This document shows, piece after piece, positions 46,592-56,307 of a DNA stretch of 64,000 bases (position 1 is the first letter of the stretch; every line of letters begins with the position of its first letter). This stretch comes from Candidatus Omnitrophota bacterium (GTDB lineage Bacteria > Omnitrophota > Gorgyraeia > Gygaellales > JAMWDD01), in assembly GCA_028717645.1 (NCBI GenBank), contig JAQUNK010000001.1, positions 68,794 through 132,793 of the forward strand, given 5' to 3'. The notes beneath the pieces are model-generated. The model had not been told where the DNA came from. It saw nothing but the letters and a program-made list of their open reading frames with translations, and ran no database searches. The position numbers and the translations under genes are program-made.

Positions 46592-47683
46592 ATGCGCAGT
46601 TTACGCATATCATTAAGTATTATTACCGTGATGCTTATTTGTATAGGCATCGTGATGATCTATAGCGCCTCCAGTATTTATGCTTTGGATGTCTATCACG
46701 ACAGCACCTTTTTCCTGAAGAGGCACTTGGTGTTTGTATCCATAGGGCTTATCTTGACTTTTTTCGCCATGGCTTTTGATTACCGTAAATTAAAAAAGGC
46801 AGCTAAGCCTCTTTTGCTGGTTGCCTTGGTGCTCTTGGCTTTGGTCTTAGTGCCCGGACTGGGCCGGCAGGTAGCCGGAGCAAGAAGGTGGTTCAGATTC
46901 GGCATTATCAGTTTCCAGCCCTCGGAGCTACTGAGCCTGGCAATGATCATTTATATAGCGGATTTTCTGACGCGTAAAAAAGACCAGCTAAGGAATTTTT
47001 GGACGGGCTATGTGCCTCCGATGATGATCATGGGCGGTAGTGTTCTTTTGATCCTCTTGCAGCCGGACTTGGGCTCAGCCCTGGCCTTAAGCATCGTGGT
47101 TTTCCTTATGCTTTTTGTCGCCGGGGTAAGTGTAAAACATTTGGGCCTGGCGCTGGTCGCGATCATCCCCGTATTATATGTACTTATCTTTAGTGTGCCT
47201 TACCGCAGGGCGCGTATAGTTTCATTCCTGAATCCGTGGGCAGATCCACATGGAAGCGGTTTTCAGATCATCCAGTCCCAGGTGGCCCTGGGTTCGGGAA
47301 AGTTTTTGGGCCTGGGCCTGGGTCACAGCATACAAAAATTATTTTATCTGCCGGCGGCACACACTGATTTTATATTTTCGATTATCGGGGAAGAGATGGG
47401 CCTCTTGGGTACTCTGGCCCTGGCTGCGCTATTTATCCTTTTCGTCGTTAAGGGATTAAAGATCGTCAGTTTGACTGAAGATAGATTCGGATATTTCTTG
47501 GGATTAGGGATCGTGTTGATGATCGCGCTTAAGACAGTAGTGAATATGGGTGTTTCTACAGGGATACTGCCGACGAAAGGCCTACCTTTGCCTTTTATCA
47601 GCTACGGTGGTTCGTCCCTGGTACTGGATATGGTGGGCGTGGGCCTGCTTTTGAATATTTCGCGTTCCGGAGAATATCCATGA
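46592..47683 (+). CDS. ftsW: Peptidoglycan glycosyltransferase FtsW (SEDS family).
   Basis: Ten predicted TM segments. Conserved SEDS region RWFRFG...QPSE and the PLPFISYGGSS tail. Confidence 0.9.
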   Translation: MRSLRISLSIITVMLICIGIVMIYSASSIYALDVYHDSTFFLKRHLVFVSIGLILTFFAMAFDYRKLKKAAKPLLLVALVLLALVLVPGLGRQVAGARRWFRFGIISFQPSELLSLAMIIYIADFLTRKKDQLRNFWTGYVPPMMIMGGSVLLILLQPDLGSALALSIVVFLMLFVAGVSVKHLGLALVAIIPVLYVLIFSVPYRRARIVSFLNPWADPHGSGFQIIQSQVALGSGKFLGLGLGHSIQKLFYLPAAHTDFIFSIIGEEMGLLGTLALAALFILFVVKGLKIVSLTEDRFGYFLGLGIVLMIALKTVVNMGVSTGILPTKGLPLPFISYGGSSLVLDMVGVGLLLNISRSGEYP

Positions 47684-48765
47684 GAATTTTTATCGCCTGC
47701 GGCGGGACAGCCGGGCATTTCCTGCCTGCGCTTAGTTTTGCCGAGGCATTGCGCAGAAAAGCGCCGGATGCGGATACCTGGGTGGTCCTAACCAGGAGAA
47801 AAGTGGAACAAGAAGCTGATCTGGGCGGTCTTAAGGTATTACGCTTATCGCTAGTCCCGGTATCCAAGGATTTAAGCATAAAGAACCTGGCGGCAATATT
47901 GAAATTTATTTTTGGCTGTCTGCAAAGCCTGTATCTAGTGCTCCGGTTCAATCCCGATACGGTGATCGGTTTTGGCGGGTATGCCAGTTTTCCGGTTGTT
48001 TTCTTTTCTTCCTTATTGGGTAAAAAGACATTTATCCACGAACAAAATGTATCTGCCGGCATTTCAAATAAATTTTTAGCGCTCTTGGTAAGCAGGGTTG
48101 CGGTAAGTTTTCCACAGAGTGCGGGATCTTTTTACTGCAAAAAAAATAAGATTGTTTTTACCGGTAATCCTATAAGAAAAGACCTGTCCAGAGTGGATAG
48201 GAAAGAGGCGCTGGCTTATTTTAATTTGCCTGAAAATAAATTTACGCTTTTGGTCATGGGCGGCAGCCAGGGCAGCCGCAAGATCAATACGGAACTTATC
48301 CGCGCGTTAAACGCCTTGGACCTGGAGGATACTTTGCAGATCGTTCATTTAAGTGGTGCATTAGATTACGCGCAGCTTAAAGAAGAATACGGAAAAATGA
48401 AATACCGGGTGCATTTATCCGCTTTTTTAAAGGAAATGAAATTCGCTTACAGCGCGGCGGACCTGGCTATCTCCCGGTCCGGAGCCAGCAGTATAAATGA
48501 GATCATTTATTACCACCTGCCGGCAATACTCGTGCCTTATCCTTATGCCGCAAAGCATCAAAGAGAGAATGCGAAAGTTTTGCAAGATGAGGATGCTTGT
48601 ATTATAATAGAGAACGAAGATTTTAATTCGGAAAGGGTAAAGAATGAACTGGCAGGTCTCTTGAGAGATGATGAGCGCCTGGCTAATCTGCGCTCCAGGC
48701 TGAGCAATATCTTTCGGCCGAACGCCGGAGAAAATCTGGCGGACCTGGTCCTATCTTTAAATTAA
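47680..48765 (+). CDS. murG: UDP-N-acetylglucosamine--N-acetylmuramyl-(pentapeptide)-pyrophosphoryl-undecaprenol GlcNAc transferase.
   Basis: GGTAGH N-terminal motif and a GT28 C-terminal domain (ISRSGASSINE). Confidence 0.9.
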   Translation: MRIFIACGGTAGHFLPALSFAEALRRKAPDADTWVVLTRRKVEQEADLGGLKVLRLSLVPVSKDLSIKNLAAILKFIFGCLQSLYLVLRFNPDTVIGFGGYASFPVVFFSSLLGKKTFIHEQNVSAGISNKFLALLVSRVAVSFPQSAGSFYCKKNKIVFTGNPIRKDLSRVDRKEALAYFNLPENKFTLLVMGGSQGSRKINTELIRALNALDLEDTLQIVHLSGALDYAQLKEEYGKMKYRVHLSAFLKEMKFAYSAADLAISRSGASSINEIIYYHLPAILVPYPYAAKHQRENAKVLQDEDACIIIENEDFNSERVKNELAGLLRDDERLANLRSRLSNIFRPNAGENLADLVLSLN

Positions 48766-48768
48766 AAT

Positions 48769-50151
48769 ATGCAAGATAAAAAAGAAAATAAAAATATTTA
48801 CTTTATCGGTATCGGCGGCATCGGGATGAGCGGCATTGCGCTTATCCTGCTTAAAAAAGGATACGTAGTAGAGGGCTCTGATGTAAAAGATAGCAATATT
48901 ATCAATCAATTGCGCAGGGCCGGTGCTAAGATCTATATCGGCCACAACGCTGAGAACCTCAAGGAAGGCACAAACATAGTGGTTTATTCTTCGGCGATAA
49001 AAGAAGATAACCCGGAACTGAAGGAGGCCCGCAGGCGGCACCTGACCGTGATGCGCAGGGCCGAAAGCCTGGCGCGCCTGATGGAAGACAAGACCGTGAT
49101 CACGGTGACCGGAGCACACGGCAAGACCACTACTACTTCTTTGGCTTCCTACCTTTTGTTCAAGGCAAATCTTAATCCTACGGTGGCGGTAGGGGGCATA
49201 TTGCGTAACCTGGATAACAATGCCCTCTTAGGCAGCGGCAAGTTCTTCGTTGCTGAAGCGGATGAGTCTGACGGATCATTCCTGCACTATAAGCCGGACT
49301 ACTCTATTATCACCAACATAGATTACGAGCATATGGATTTTTACAAGGATTGGCCAAACCTCATAAGTACCTACAGGAAATTTATCAATAATACGAAAGA
49401 AAGCGGCATGGTATTCTGCTGCGGAGACGATATCAACCTCAAAGATATCCTGAAGACCTGTAAAAATAAGCATCTTCTTTTCGGCCTGACCAAAGATTCA
49501 GATATCCATCCCAAAGACATAAAAATGCGGGACTGGCTCACCGAATACGAATGTATCTACAAGAATAAATCGCTGGGGAAATTTTCCCTGCCGTTAATGG
49601 GTACGCATAATGTTTCGAATTCGCTTGCCGTGATCGGGCTGGGTATGGAACTGGACCTGGACCTGAAGGTGATAAAAGAAACGCTGTCCACCTTCAAGGG
49701 TTCCGAGCGCAGGCTACAGATAAAACTCGAACAGGACGGGATATTAGTGGTGGATGATTATGCGCACCATCCTACCGAGATCAGGGCGGTGCTTAACGCT
49801 ATCAGGAATTTGAACAATAGAAGGATCGTGACTATTTTCCAGCCGCATCGCTATTCGCGCACGAAATTGCTTATGGATGAATTCGCTACCTGTTTTGACC
49901 TTTCCGATTATAACATTATCACGGATATTTATCCTGCCAGCGAAGAACCCATCGAAGGGATAAGCGGCAGGAGCATTTACGAAAAAGTAAAACAGAGCGG
50001 ACATAAAGAAACCCATTTTCTGCCCAAGGAAGAGATCGTAGATTATGTATGTAAGATCCTTAAACCCCAGGACCTGGTGATCACCCTGGGGGCAGGAGAT
50101 ATTTATAAGGTAAACAATGACCTGGTCTCAAAACTTAAGAAAGCGCCTTAA
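48769..50151 (+). CDS. murC: UDP-N-acetylmuramate--L-alanine ligase.
   Basis: YFIGIGGIGMSGIA N-terminus and P-loop GAHGKTTTTS. Confidence 0.9.
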   Translation: MQDKKENKNIYFIGIGGIGMSGIALILLKKGYVVEGSDVKDSNIINQLRRAGAKIYIGHNAENLKEGTNIVVYSSAIKEDNPELKEARRRHLTVMRRAESLARLMEDKTVITVTGAHGKTTTTSLASYLLFKANLNPTVAVGGILRNLDNNALLGSGKFFVAEADESDGSFLHYKPDYSIITNIDYEHMDFYKDWPNLISTYRKFINNTKESGMVFCCGDDINLKDILKTCKNKHLLFGLTKDSDIHPKDIKMRDWLTEYECIYKNKSLGKFSLPLMGTHNVSNSLAVIGLGMELDLDLKVIKETLSTFKGSERRLQIKLEQDGILVVDDYAHHPTEIRAVLNAIRNLNNRRIVTIFQPHRYSRTKLLMDEFATCFDLSDYNIITDIYPASEEPIEGISGRSIYEKVKQSGHKETHFLPKEEIVDYVCKILKPQDLVITLGAGDIYKVNNDLVSKLKKAP

Positions 50152-50998
50152 ATCGGGCGTTTTCCTTTCTCGTTATACGACTTTTCGGATCGGAGGGAAA
50201 GCGCGCTTTTTTATCGAGCCGAAAAACGTAAAAGAATTAACAGCCGTAATAAAAGAAGCGCGTAAGGCGAAGGTCCCTTACTATATTTTGGGTAACGGAA
50301 GCAATCTCTTAGTCAGCGATAAGGGCATAAACGGCGTAGTGATCAAATTATCCAGCCCTTATTTTAAAAAGGCCAGCTTCAAGAAAAATATTATAGATGC
50401 CGGCGCGGGATTGAACCTGGGGCAGATGATCGAAAAGGCCAGGAACAAGGGCCTGGGAGGCTGTGAATTCTTATCCGGTATACCGGCAACAGTGGGTGGC
50501 GCAGTAATGATGAACGCAGGTGCCAGGGGAGATTCTATCAGCGGCCTGATAAAAGAGGTCAAGGTGCTCGATAAAAATGGAAAGGTGGGTACCTTAGGCA
50601 AAGGTAAGCTTAAATTCGGTTACCGTAAGTCTAACCTCTCCCAATATATTTTATTAAGCGCCAAAATAAAATTAGAAAAGAGGCCAAAAGGAGAGATCGG
50701 CCAAAGGATCAGTGATTACCTGAGTGTGCGTAGGCAAACGCAGGATACGGGTAAACCCAACGCAGGTTGTGTATTTAAAAATCCCGCCGGTGATTCGGCA
50801 GGGAGACTGATCGACCTTTGCGGCCTCAAGGGAAAAAGGGTCCGGGATGCCCAGGTATCTTTCCGGCACGCTAATTTTATCGTCAACCGCGGCCGGGCAA
50901 AGGCAGAAGACGTGCTAAAGCTGGCATCTTTTGTCAAGCAAAGGGTAAAAGAAAGATTCGGCGTGGCACTGGAGGAAGAGATAAAAATATGGCAGTGA
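50117..50998 (+). CDS. murB: UDP-N-acetylenolpyruvoylglucosamine reductase.
   Basis: FAD-binding domain (TTFRIGG, GNGSNLL) and a C-terminal MurB domain. Confidence 0.9.
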   Translation: MTWSQNLRKRLKSGVFLSRYTTFRIGGKARFFIEPKNVKELTAVIKEARKAKVPYYILGNGSNLLVSDKGINGVVIKLSSPYFKKASFKKNIIDAGAGLNLGQMIEKARNKGLGGCEFLSGIPATVGGAVMMNAGARGDSISGLIKEVKVLDKNGKVGTLGKGKLKFGYRKSNLSQYILLSAKIKLEKRPKGEIGQRISDYLSVRRQTQDTGKPNAGCVFKNPAGDSAGRLIDLCGLKGKRVRDAQVSFRHANFIVNRGRAKAEDVLKLASFVKQRVKERFGVALEEEIKIWQ

Positions 50999-51933
50999 AT
51001 AATTTTGGAAAAATCGGCGTTTTATTAGGCGGGCCTTCTGCGGAAAGAGAGATCTCTCTTAAGTCCGGAAGGGCAGTCTATAAGGCCTTGAGCGATGCGG
51101 GTTACGATGTAGTTTTGATAGATATAGTAGACGACGATATCAAATCGAATGCCATACTTTTAAAAGAAAGCGCTATTGATGTGGCCTTTATTGCTTTGCA
51201 CGGCCATTTTGGCGAAGACGGACCGATGCAATCGATCTTGGAGGAACTAGATATACCTTACACAGGCTCAGGGCCGATGGCAAGCAAATTGGCCATGGAT
51301 AAAATTGCCTCTAGAAAAATATTCAAGAGCCGCGGCCTCTCTGTGCCAAAATGCCTGGAGGTAGATGATAAAGCCTATCGGATGGATGATGCGCTGTCCC
51401 TGCCTGTAGTGGTCAAGCCGGCAACCAATGGCTCAAGTATCGGGCTTTCCATTGTGGAAAACAAAAATGATTTTGCTAAGGCCCTGGAGACGGCGCTTAG
51501 CCTGGACAGCCGCGCGATAGTGGAAGAATATATCAAGGGAAGGGAATTTACCGTAGGTATCCTGAATGAAAAGGCCCTACCGGTGATAGAAGTAAAACCG
51601 CATAACAAATTCTTCGATTTCGAGGCAAAATATAAATCAGGGATGACCGATTATATCGTGCCTGCCCAGATCGATGAACGATTGAGCGAGCGTGCCAAGG
51701 AGGTAGGGTTGGCGGCGCATAGGGCCTTGGGTTGCCGGGGATTTTCCCGGGTCGATATGATCCTGGGGTCAGATGATAATTTTTATGTACTGGAGCTAAA
51801 TTCCATACCGGGCCTGACCGAAACCAGCCTTTTACCGAAGGCAGCAAGATGCGTGGGGATAGATTTCCTGAAACTATGTTTAATCTTAATCGAAGGTGCA
51901 TATGAAAAAAATAAAGATAGGGCCGTTAATTAA
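50989..51933 (+). CDS. ddl: D-alanine--D-alanine ligase.
   Basis: KIGVLLGGPSAEREISL N-terminus and ATP-grasp motifs (VVKPATNGSSIGLS, LELNSIPGLT). Confidence 0.9.
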   Translation: MAVNNFGKIGVLLGGPSAEREISLKSGRAVYKALSDAGYDVVLIDIVDDDIKSNAILLKESAIDVAFIALHGHFGEDGPMQSILEELDIPYTGSGPMASKLAMDKIASRKIFKSRGLSVPKCLEVDDKAYRMDDALSLPVVVKPATNGSSIGLSIVENKNDFAKALETALSLDSRAIVEEYIKGREFTVGILNEKALPVIEVKPHNKFFDFEAKYKSGMTDYIVPAQIDERLSERAKEVGLAAHRALGCRGFSRVDMILGSDDNFYVLELNSIPGLTETSLLPKAARCVGIDFLKLCLILIEGAYEKNKDRAVN

Positions 51934-52639
51934 ATTTTCCATTGCGTTCGCCGTACTCATCGCGCTTTTGGTCTATTTGGGTATTGCAGTATGCAATTTC
52001 CTGAAAGGTTCGGATTATTTTAAGATAAAAGATATCGTTGTAATCAATAACTATGTGGATTTCCCCACCCTAAAAGGGATAAATATATTTTCGTTGAACC
52101 TGAAAAACGTTTCTCAGGCCATACAGAACAAATGCCCCGACCAGAAACTGGTCAGGGTTTCCAAGGTAATGCCGAACCGCCTGATCATAGAATTTCAGAA
52201 GCGCGTGCCTTTGGCGGCTGTGCGGCTGGATAGGCTCTATTTTTTTGACAGCCAGGGTATTCTTTTTGAGATGCCGCAGGAGACCACCGCTTCCGCTTAC
52301 CCTATGATCACAGGCCTGAAGATCTCCAATCCCCGGCTGGGCGTAAAATATAATCTTAAGGATCTGGATGATGCGTTGCGCCTGGTAATACAGTCGGCGC
52401 GCCTGGGCTTATCCGGAAGGTATCCGATAAAGATGATCGATGTATCCAATCCGGATTACCTGACGTTCTCCATACTGAATAATCTCAAGATCAAGATACC
52501 CAACGACGGGATGCAGGAGAAACTGAGTGTTTTTATTTCCTTGATCTCCCAGGTAAATATGGATTTAAACAGAGTAGAATATATTGATTTAAGGTTTAAG
52601 GATCCGACGATCAAATTGAAAGGGGTCAATGAAAAATAA
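51896..52639 (+). CDS. ftsQ: Cell division protein FtsQ/DivIB (POTRA domain).
   Basis: N-terminal TM segment followed by a POTRA-like region (IKDIVVINNYVDFPT). In the ddl-ftsQ-ftsA position. Confidence 0.7.
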   Translation: MHMKKIKIGPLIKFSIAFAVLIALLVYLGIAVCNFLKGSDYFKIKDIVVINNYVDFPTLKGINIFSLNLKNVSQAIQNKCPDQKLVRVSKVMPNRLIIEFQKRVPLAAVRLDRLYFFDSQGILFEMPQETTASAYPMITGLKISNPRLGVKYNLKDLDDALRLVIQSARLGLSGRYPIKMIDVSNPDYLTFSILNNLKIKIPNDGMQEKLSVFISLISQVNMDLNRVEYIDLRFKDPTIKLKGVNEK

Positions 52640-53888
52640 TTTTATCTGTGCCGTAGATTTGGGTTCAAGTAAGCTTAGCGCCATAGTTTGTGTATTCAAT
52701 AAGCAGGGAAAAATAATCGATATGTCCATGGAGAGTGCTCCCTCCCGGGGCATCAAAGGCGGCCGGATCGTCGATTTTTCGGATTTATCCTCTAACCTGG
52801 AAAGCCTGCTTAAGAAGCTGGAGAAAGCTCAGGGCTCCAGGATCAAAGAGTTCTATACCAATGTTTCGGGCAATGAAATTTCTACGGCGCATTCTCGCGC
52901 GATTATTCCTTTGGCAGAGAGGGGCAATCGCGTGATTACCGACGCGGATATCTTTCGCGTGAAAGAACAGGCCAGGATACTCGGCACCAGCCTCCAGGAA
53001 GAAATTATCCACGAGATACCTTTTGGTTACATAGTCGACACGGATAATTTTTGTTCCGACCCGCGCGAACTGTATGCGCACAGGCTGGAGATAGATCTTT
53101 ATTTAATCTATGCCAAGCTTTCGCATATTCAAAGCCTGACGCGCATGGCGCACCAGCTGGGTTTTTCCATAAAAGGTATTTTTTATTCCGGTTTGATCAG
53201 CGCTAAGTTGGCCTTAGGCGAAAGTATCAGGCGTGCCACGGATATATTTTGCGATATTGGAGCCGATATGACGGACCTGGTATTCTTCAAGAACAACATT
53301 CTGCAAAGCCTCCAGGTACTGCCGATAGGCGGCGATGAGATTACCAGTGCCATTGCCAGGGGCCTCAGTATCCCTTTCGAACTGGCAGAAGAGATCAAGC
53401 GTAGTTCTGCGGTGATCGGCAAACCCGAAGATCTTCCGGCAGGAAAAGAGGTCATGGTAAATAAAGGCAGTAATTATATGCCCATAAAGCAGAGAGAGAT
53501 CTCCCGCATTGCCACTGAATCTGCCGCGGGTATGTGCCGCCAGATAAAGGAAGCGATAGATAAGGTTGCTCCGGCCAATACGATAAATAACCTTTTTATT
53601 TCTGGCAGGACGGTAATTCAGGAGGGATTTTTAGAAAAACTGGAAGAAGTTACCGGTATTCCCACGCGCCTCGTTCGTATTCCCGGCCACTTATTCATCA
53701 ATAATGAAATACATAACGAGCTCACATCTTCCTATATGAAAATGCTGACATACCTTAATGCCTTTGGCCTGGTCACGCATGCCGCCGAAAGCACACAGGA
53801 GAATAATATCTTGCGCCAGGTGCCTACCCTAAAGCCTTTATCCGGCGTAATCAATAAAGTAAAACAAGTATACCAGCAGTATTTTTAA
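52629..53888 (+). CDS. ftsA: Cell division protein FtsA (actin-like ATPase).
   Basis: ICAVDLGSSKLSAIV phosphate-1 motif, DIGADMTDLVFF and GGDEITSAIA motifs of the FtsA/actin fold. Confidence 0.85.
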   Translation: MKNNFICAVDLGSSKLSAIVCVFNKQGKIIDMSMESAPSRGIKGGRIVDFSDLSSNLESLLKKLEKAQGSRIKEFYTNVSGNEISTAHSRAIIPLAERGNRVITDADIFRVKEQARILGTSLQEEIIHEIPFGYIVDTDNFCSDPRELYAHRLEIDLYLIYAKLSHIQSLTRMAHQLGFSIKGIFYSGLISAKLALGESIRRATDIFCDIGADMTDLVFFKNNILQSLQVLPIGGDEITSAIARGLSIPFELAEEIKRSSAVIGKPEDLPAGKEVMVNKGSNYMPIKQREISRIATESAAGMCRQIKEAIDKVAPANTINNLFISGRTVIQEGFLEKLEEVTGIPTRLVRIPGHLFINNEIHNELTSSYMKMLTYLNAFGLVTHAAESTQENNILRQVPTLKPLSGVINKVKQVYQQYF

Positions 53889-53911
53889 TCTCGCTTTCCC
53901 TCCAAGACTTG

Positions 53912-53940
53912 TTGACACTATTTTTGTTTTGTGTTAATGT
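53912..53940 (+). promoter_or_regulatory. Possible sigma70-like promoter (TTGACA-17 nt-TAATGT) for yggS-proC.
   Basis: TTGACA at 53912-53917 and TAATGT at 53935-53940, in the 60-bp gap after ftsA. Confidence 0.35.
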
Positions 53941-53948
53941 TTTAGGCA

Positions 53949-54602
53949 ATGGTTAAGGATAATATCTCTAAAATAAAGGCCCAGATCGCGCATGCCTGCG
54001 CAAAGTCCGGCCGTAATGCCAATGAGGTAAGCATAGTTGCGGTAACCAAGGCTAGGGCGCCAGAGGATATTGAAGAGGTCCTGCGTGCAGGCCTCACTGA
54101 CGTCGGAGAAAACAAGATACAAGAGGCCGTTGCCAAGCAGGCTAAAGTAAAAGGTGCCCGCTGGCATTTTATCGGGCATCTGCAGACCAATAAAGTAAAA
54201 GAGGCGGTAAGGATATTCGATCTGATCCAATCTGTGGATAGCATTCATCTTGCCGAAGAGATAGACCGCCAGGCACAAAAGATCGGCAAGGTCCAGGATA
54301 TATTAGTAGAGATAAAGACATCCGCTGAGGCGACTAAATTTGGTTTCTTGCCCTTAGATCTGCCGCGGGCCATAGAAGAAATAACCAAGCTAAAAAACAT
54401 AAATCTGGCAGGGTTGATGACCATCGCAGCTCTTACAGGGGCAGCTGAAGGCAGCCGGCCGTATTTCCGTATTTTAAGGGAATTAAGGGATAAGATAAAT
54501 AAGGATTGGATCTTATCTATGGGCATGAGCGATGATTTCAAAATAGCGATAGAAGAAGGCTCGACCATGGTGAGAATCGGCAGGGCCATTTTTGAAGGTT
54601 AA
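53949..54602 (+). CDS. yggS: YggS/YlmE-family PLP homeostasis protein.
   Basis: 217 aa with the alanine-racemase N-terminal TIM-barrel fold and a PLP-lysine region (VSIVAVTKARAPEDI). Confidence 0.8.
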   Translation: MVKDNISKIKAQIAHACAKSGRNANEVSIVAVTKARAPEDIEEVLRAGLTDVGENKIQEAVAKQAKVKGARWHFIGHLQTNKVKEAVRIFDLIQSVDSIHLAEEIDRQAQKIGKVQDILVEIKTSAEATKFGFLPLDLPRAIEEITKLKNINLAGLMTIAALTGAAEGSRPYFRILRELRDKINKDWILSMGMSDDFKIAIEEGSTMVRIGRAIFEG

Positions 54603-55422
54603 GATGAAAAAGAGTGTCGGCATAATCGGTTGCGGGAATATGGGCAGGGCAATAGCTGAGCGTATTAGCCGGCATTATAAAGTCCATATCTTTGATAAAG
54701 ACAAAAATAAAACCAGGAATTTTAAAAAGGTAACCGTTGAAGAGAGTGCTAGAGGTTTGAGTATCAATAGCGACGTGATAATCTTAGCGGTTAAGCCCCA
54801 GGATTTTGATGTTGTCTTGGCTGCAATCAAAGATTATGCAGAGGATAAGATGGTAATTTCCATTGCTGCAGGGATATCCGCTAAATATATCGAAAAAAGA
54901 TTGGGAAAGGTGAAGGTAATCAGGGTCATGCCTAACCTGCCGGCAAAGATCGGTAAAGGCATGATCTGTTTAGCCAAGGGAAAGTTCGCTAAAGGTAAAG
55001 ACTTGGCTTTCGCCCGGCAGATATTTAATTATTTAGGTAAGACACTGGTTATTCAAGAAAAAATGATGAACGCTGCGACTGCGGTTTCAGGCAGCGGGCC
55101 GGGATTTCTTTTTGCTAAATTGGAAAACAAACCTAAGAAACAATGGTCGAAATATTGCAATGAATATTTTATTCCCGAGCTCCGAGAAGCTGCGATCAAC
55201 GTTGGTTTTAGTCCTGCGCAGGCAAGCTTATCCGCAATAATTACTACAAAGGGAAGCCTTGAATTATTAAAGAAAACTTATTATTCGCCAGGTGTTTTAT
55301 GTTCAAAAGTTGCTTCTAAGGGCGGGACTACAGAGGCGGGATTAAGGGTTTTGGATAAAAAAGGTTTAAATGCTGCGGTTGAAGCAGCAGTCAAAAGGGC
55401 TGTAGAATTATTAAGGAGTTAA
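54592..55422 (+). CDS. proC: Pyrroline-5-carboxylate reductase.
   Basis: VGIIGCGNMGRAI Rossmann motif and a P5CR C-terminal dimerisation region (GSGPGF...TSKGGTTEAG). Confidence 0.85.
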   Translation: MKVKMKKSVGIIGCGNMGRAIAERISRHYKVHIFDKDKNKTRNFKKVTVEESARGLSINSDVIILAVKPQDFDVVLAAIKDYAEDKMVISIAAGISAKYIEKRLGKVKVIRVMPNLPAKIGKGMICLAKGKFAKGKDLAFARQIFNYLGKTLVIQEKMMNAATAVSGSGPGFLFAKLENKPKKQWSKYCNEYFIPELREAAINVGFSPAQASLSAIITTKGSLELLKKTYYSPGVLCSKVASKGGTTEAGLRVLDKKGLNAAVEAAVKRAVELLRS

Positions 55423-55423
55423 T

Positions 55424-56296
55424 ATGGGCAGGATAGGAATTATCGGCGGAAGCGGTTTATACAGGATGGAAGGGTTGAAGCATTTAGAAGAGACAAATGT
55501 AGATACGCCTTTTGGAAAACCGTCTGATGCATTTTTATTGGGGGAAATAGAAGGTAAAGAGATCGCCTTTCTGCCGCGCCACGGCGTCGGCCATCGCATT
55601 TCACCGTCTGAAATAAATTACCGCGCCAATATCTACGCCATGAAAAAACTGGGCGTGGACAGGATCATTTCGGTTGCTGCCTGCGGGAGCCTTAAAGAAG
55701 AGATAAAACCTTTGGATTTTGTGGTAGTGGACCAGTATGTCGACCGCACCAACCATGCCCGCGAGATGTCTTTTTTTAATCAGGGCATAGTCGCGCATAT
55801 TTCTTTTTCGCATCCGGTCTGCAAGGAATTAAGCGAAATATTATATGACGTCGGGTACGAATCGGGGCGGGACATGAAAATAAAGATGCATAAGGGCGGC
55901 ACGTATATCAATATGGAAGGGCCGGCATTTTCGACGCTGGCTGAATCGAACCTTTACCGCAGCTGGGGTATGGACATCATCGGTATGACCAATATGGCCG
56001 AGGCCAGGCTTGCCCGTGAGGCGGAAATTTGTTATGCCACGTTAGCCGCGGTGACCGATTATGATTGTTGGCACCCGCAATACGAAACCATTACAGTAGA
56101 GATGGTGATAAAGAACCTGCAGAAGAATATCGACAATGCCAAGAAGATACTGCAGGCGACGCTGAAAAGATTACCCAAAGAAAGGACCTGTGCCTGCCGC
56201 GAGGCGTTAAAGAATGCCATTATCACCGACCCTAAACTTATACCTTTAGAGGTTAAAAAGGACCTGCAGGTCATTATCGGAAAATATATTAAATAA
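55424..56296 (+). CDS. mtnP: S-methyl-5'-thioadenosine phosphorylase (PNP/MTAP family).
   Basis: MGRIGIIGGSGLY N-terminus and the MTAP-type GMTNMAEARLAREAEICYA motif. Confidence 0.8.
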   Translation: MGRIGIIGGSGLYRMEGLKHLEETNVDTPFGKPSDAFLLGEIEGKEIAFLPRHGVGHRISPSEINYRANIYAMKKLGVDRIISVAACGSLKEEIKPLDFVVVDQYVDRTNHAREMSFFNQGIVAHISFSHPVCKELSEILYDVGYESGRDMKIKMHKGGTYINMEGPAFSTLAESNLYRSWGMDIIGMTNMAEARLAREAEICYATLAAVTDYDCWHPQYETITVEMVIKNLQKNIDNAKKILQATLKRLPKERTCACREALKNAIITDPKLIPLEVKKDLQVIIGKYIK

Positions 56297-56307
56297 AACT
56301 TATAAAA

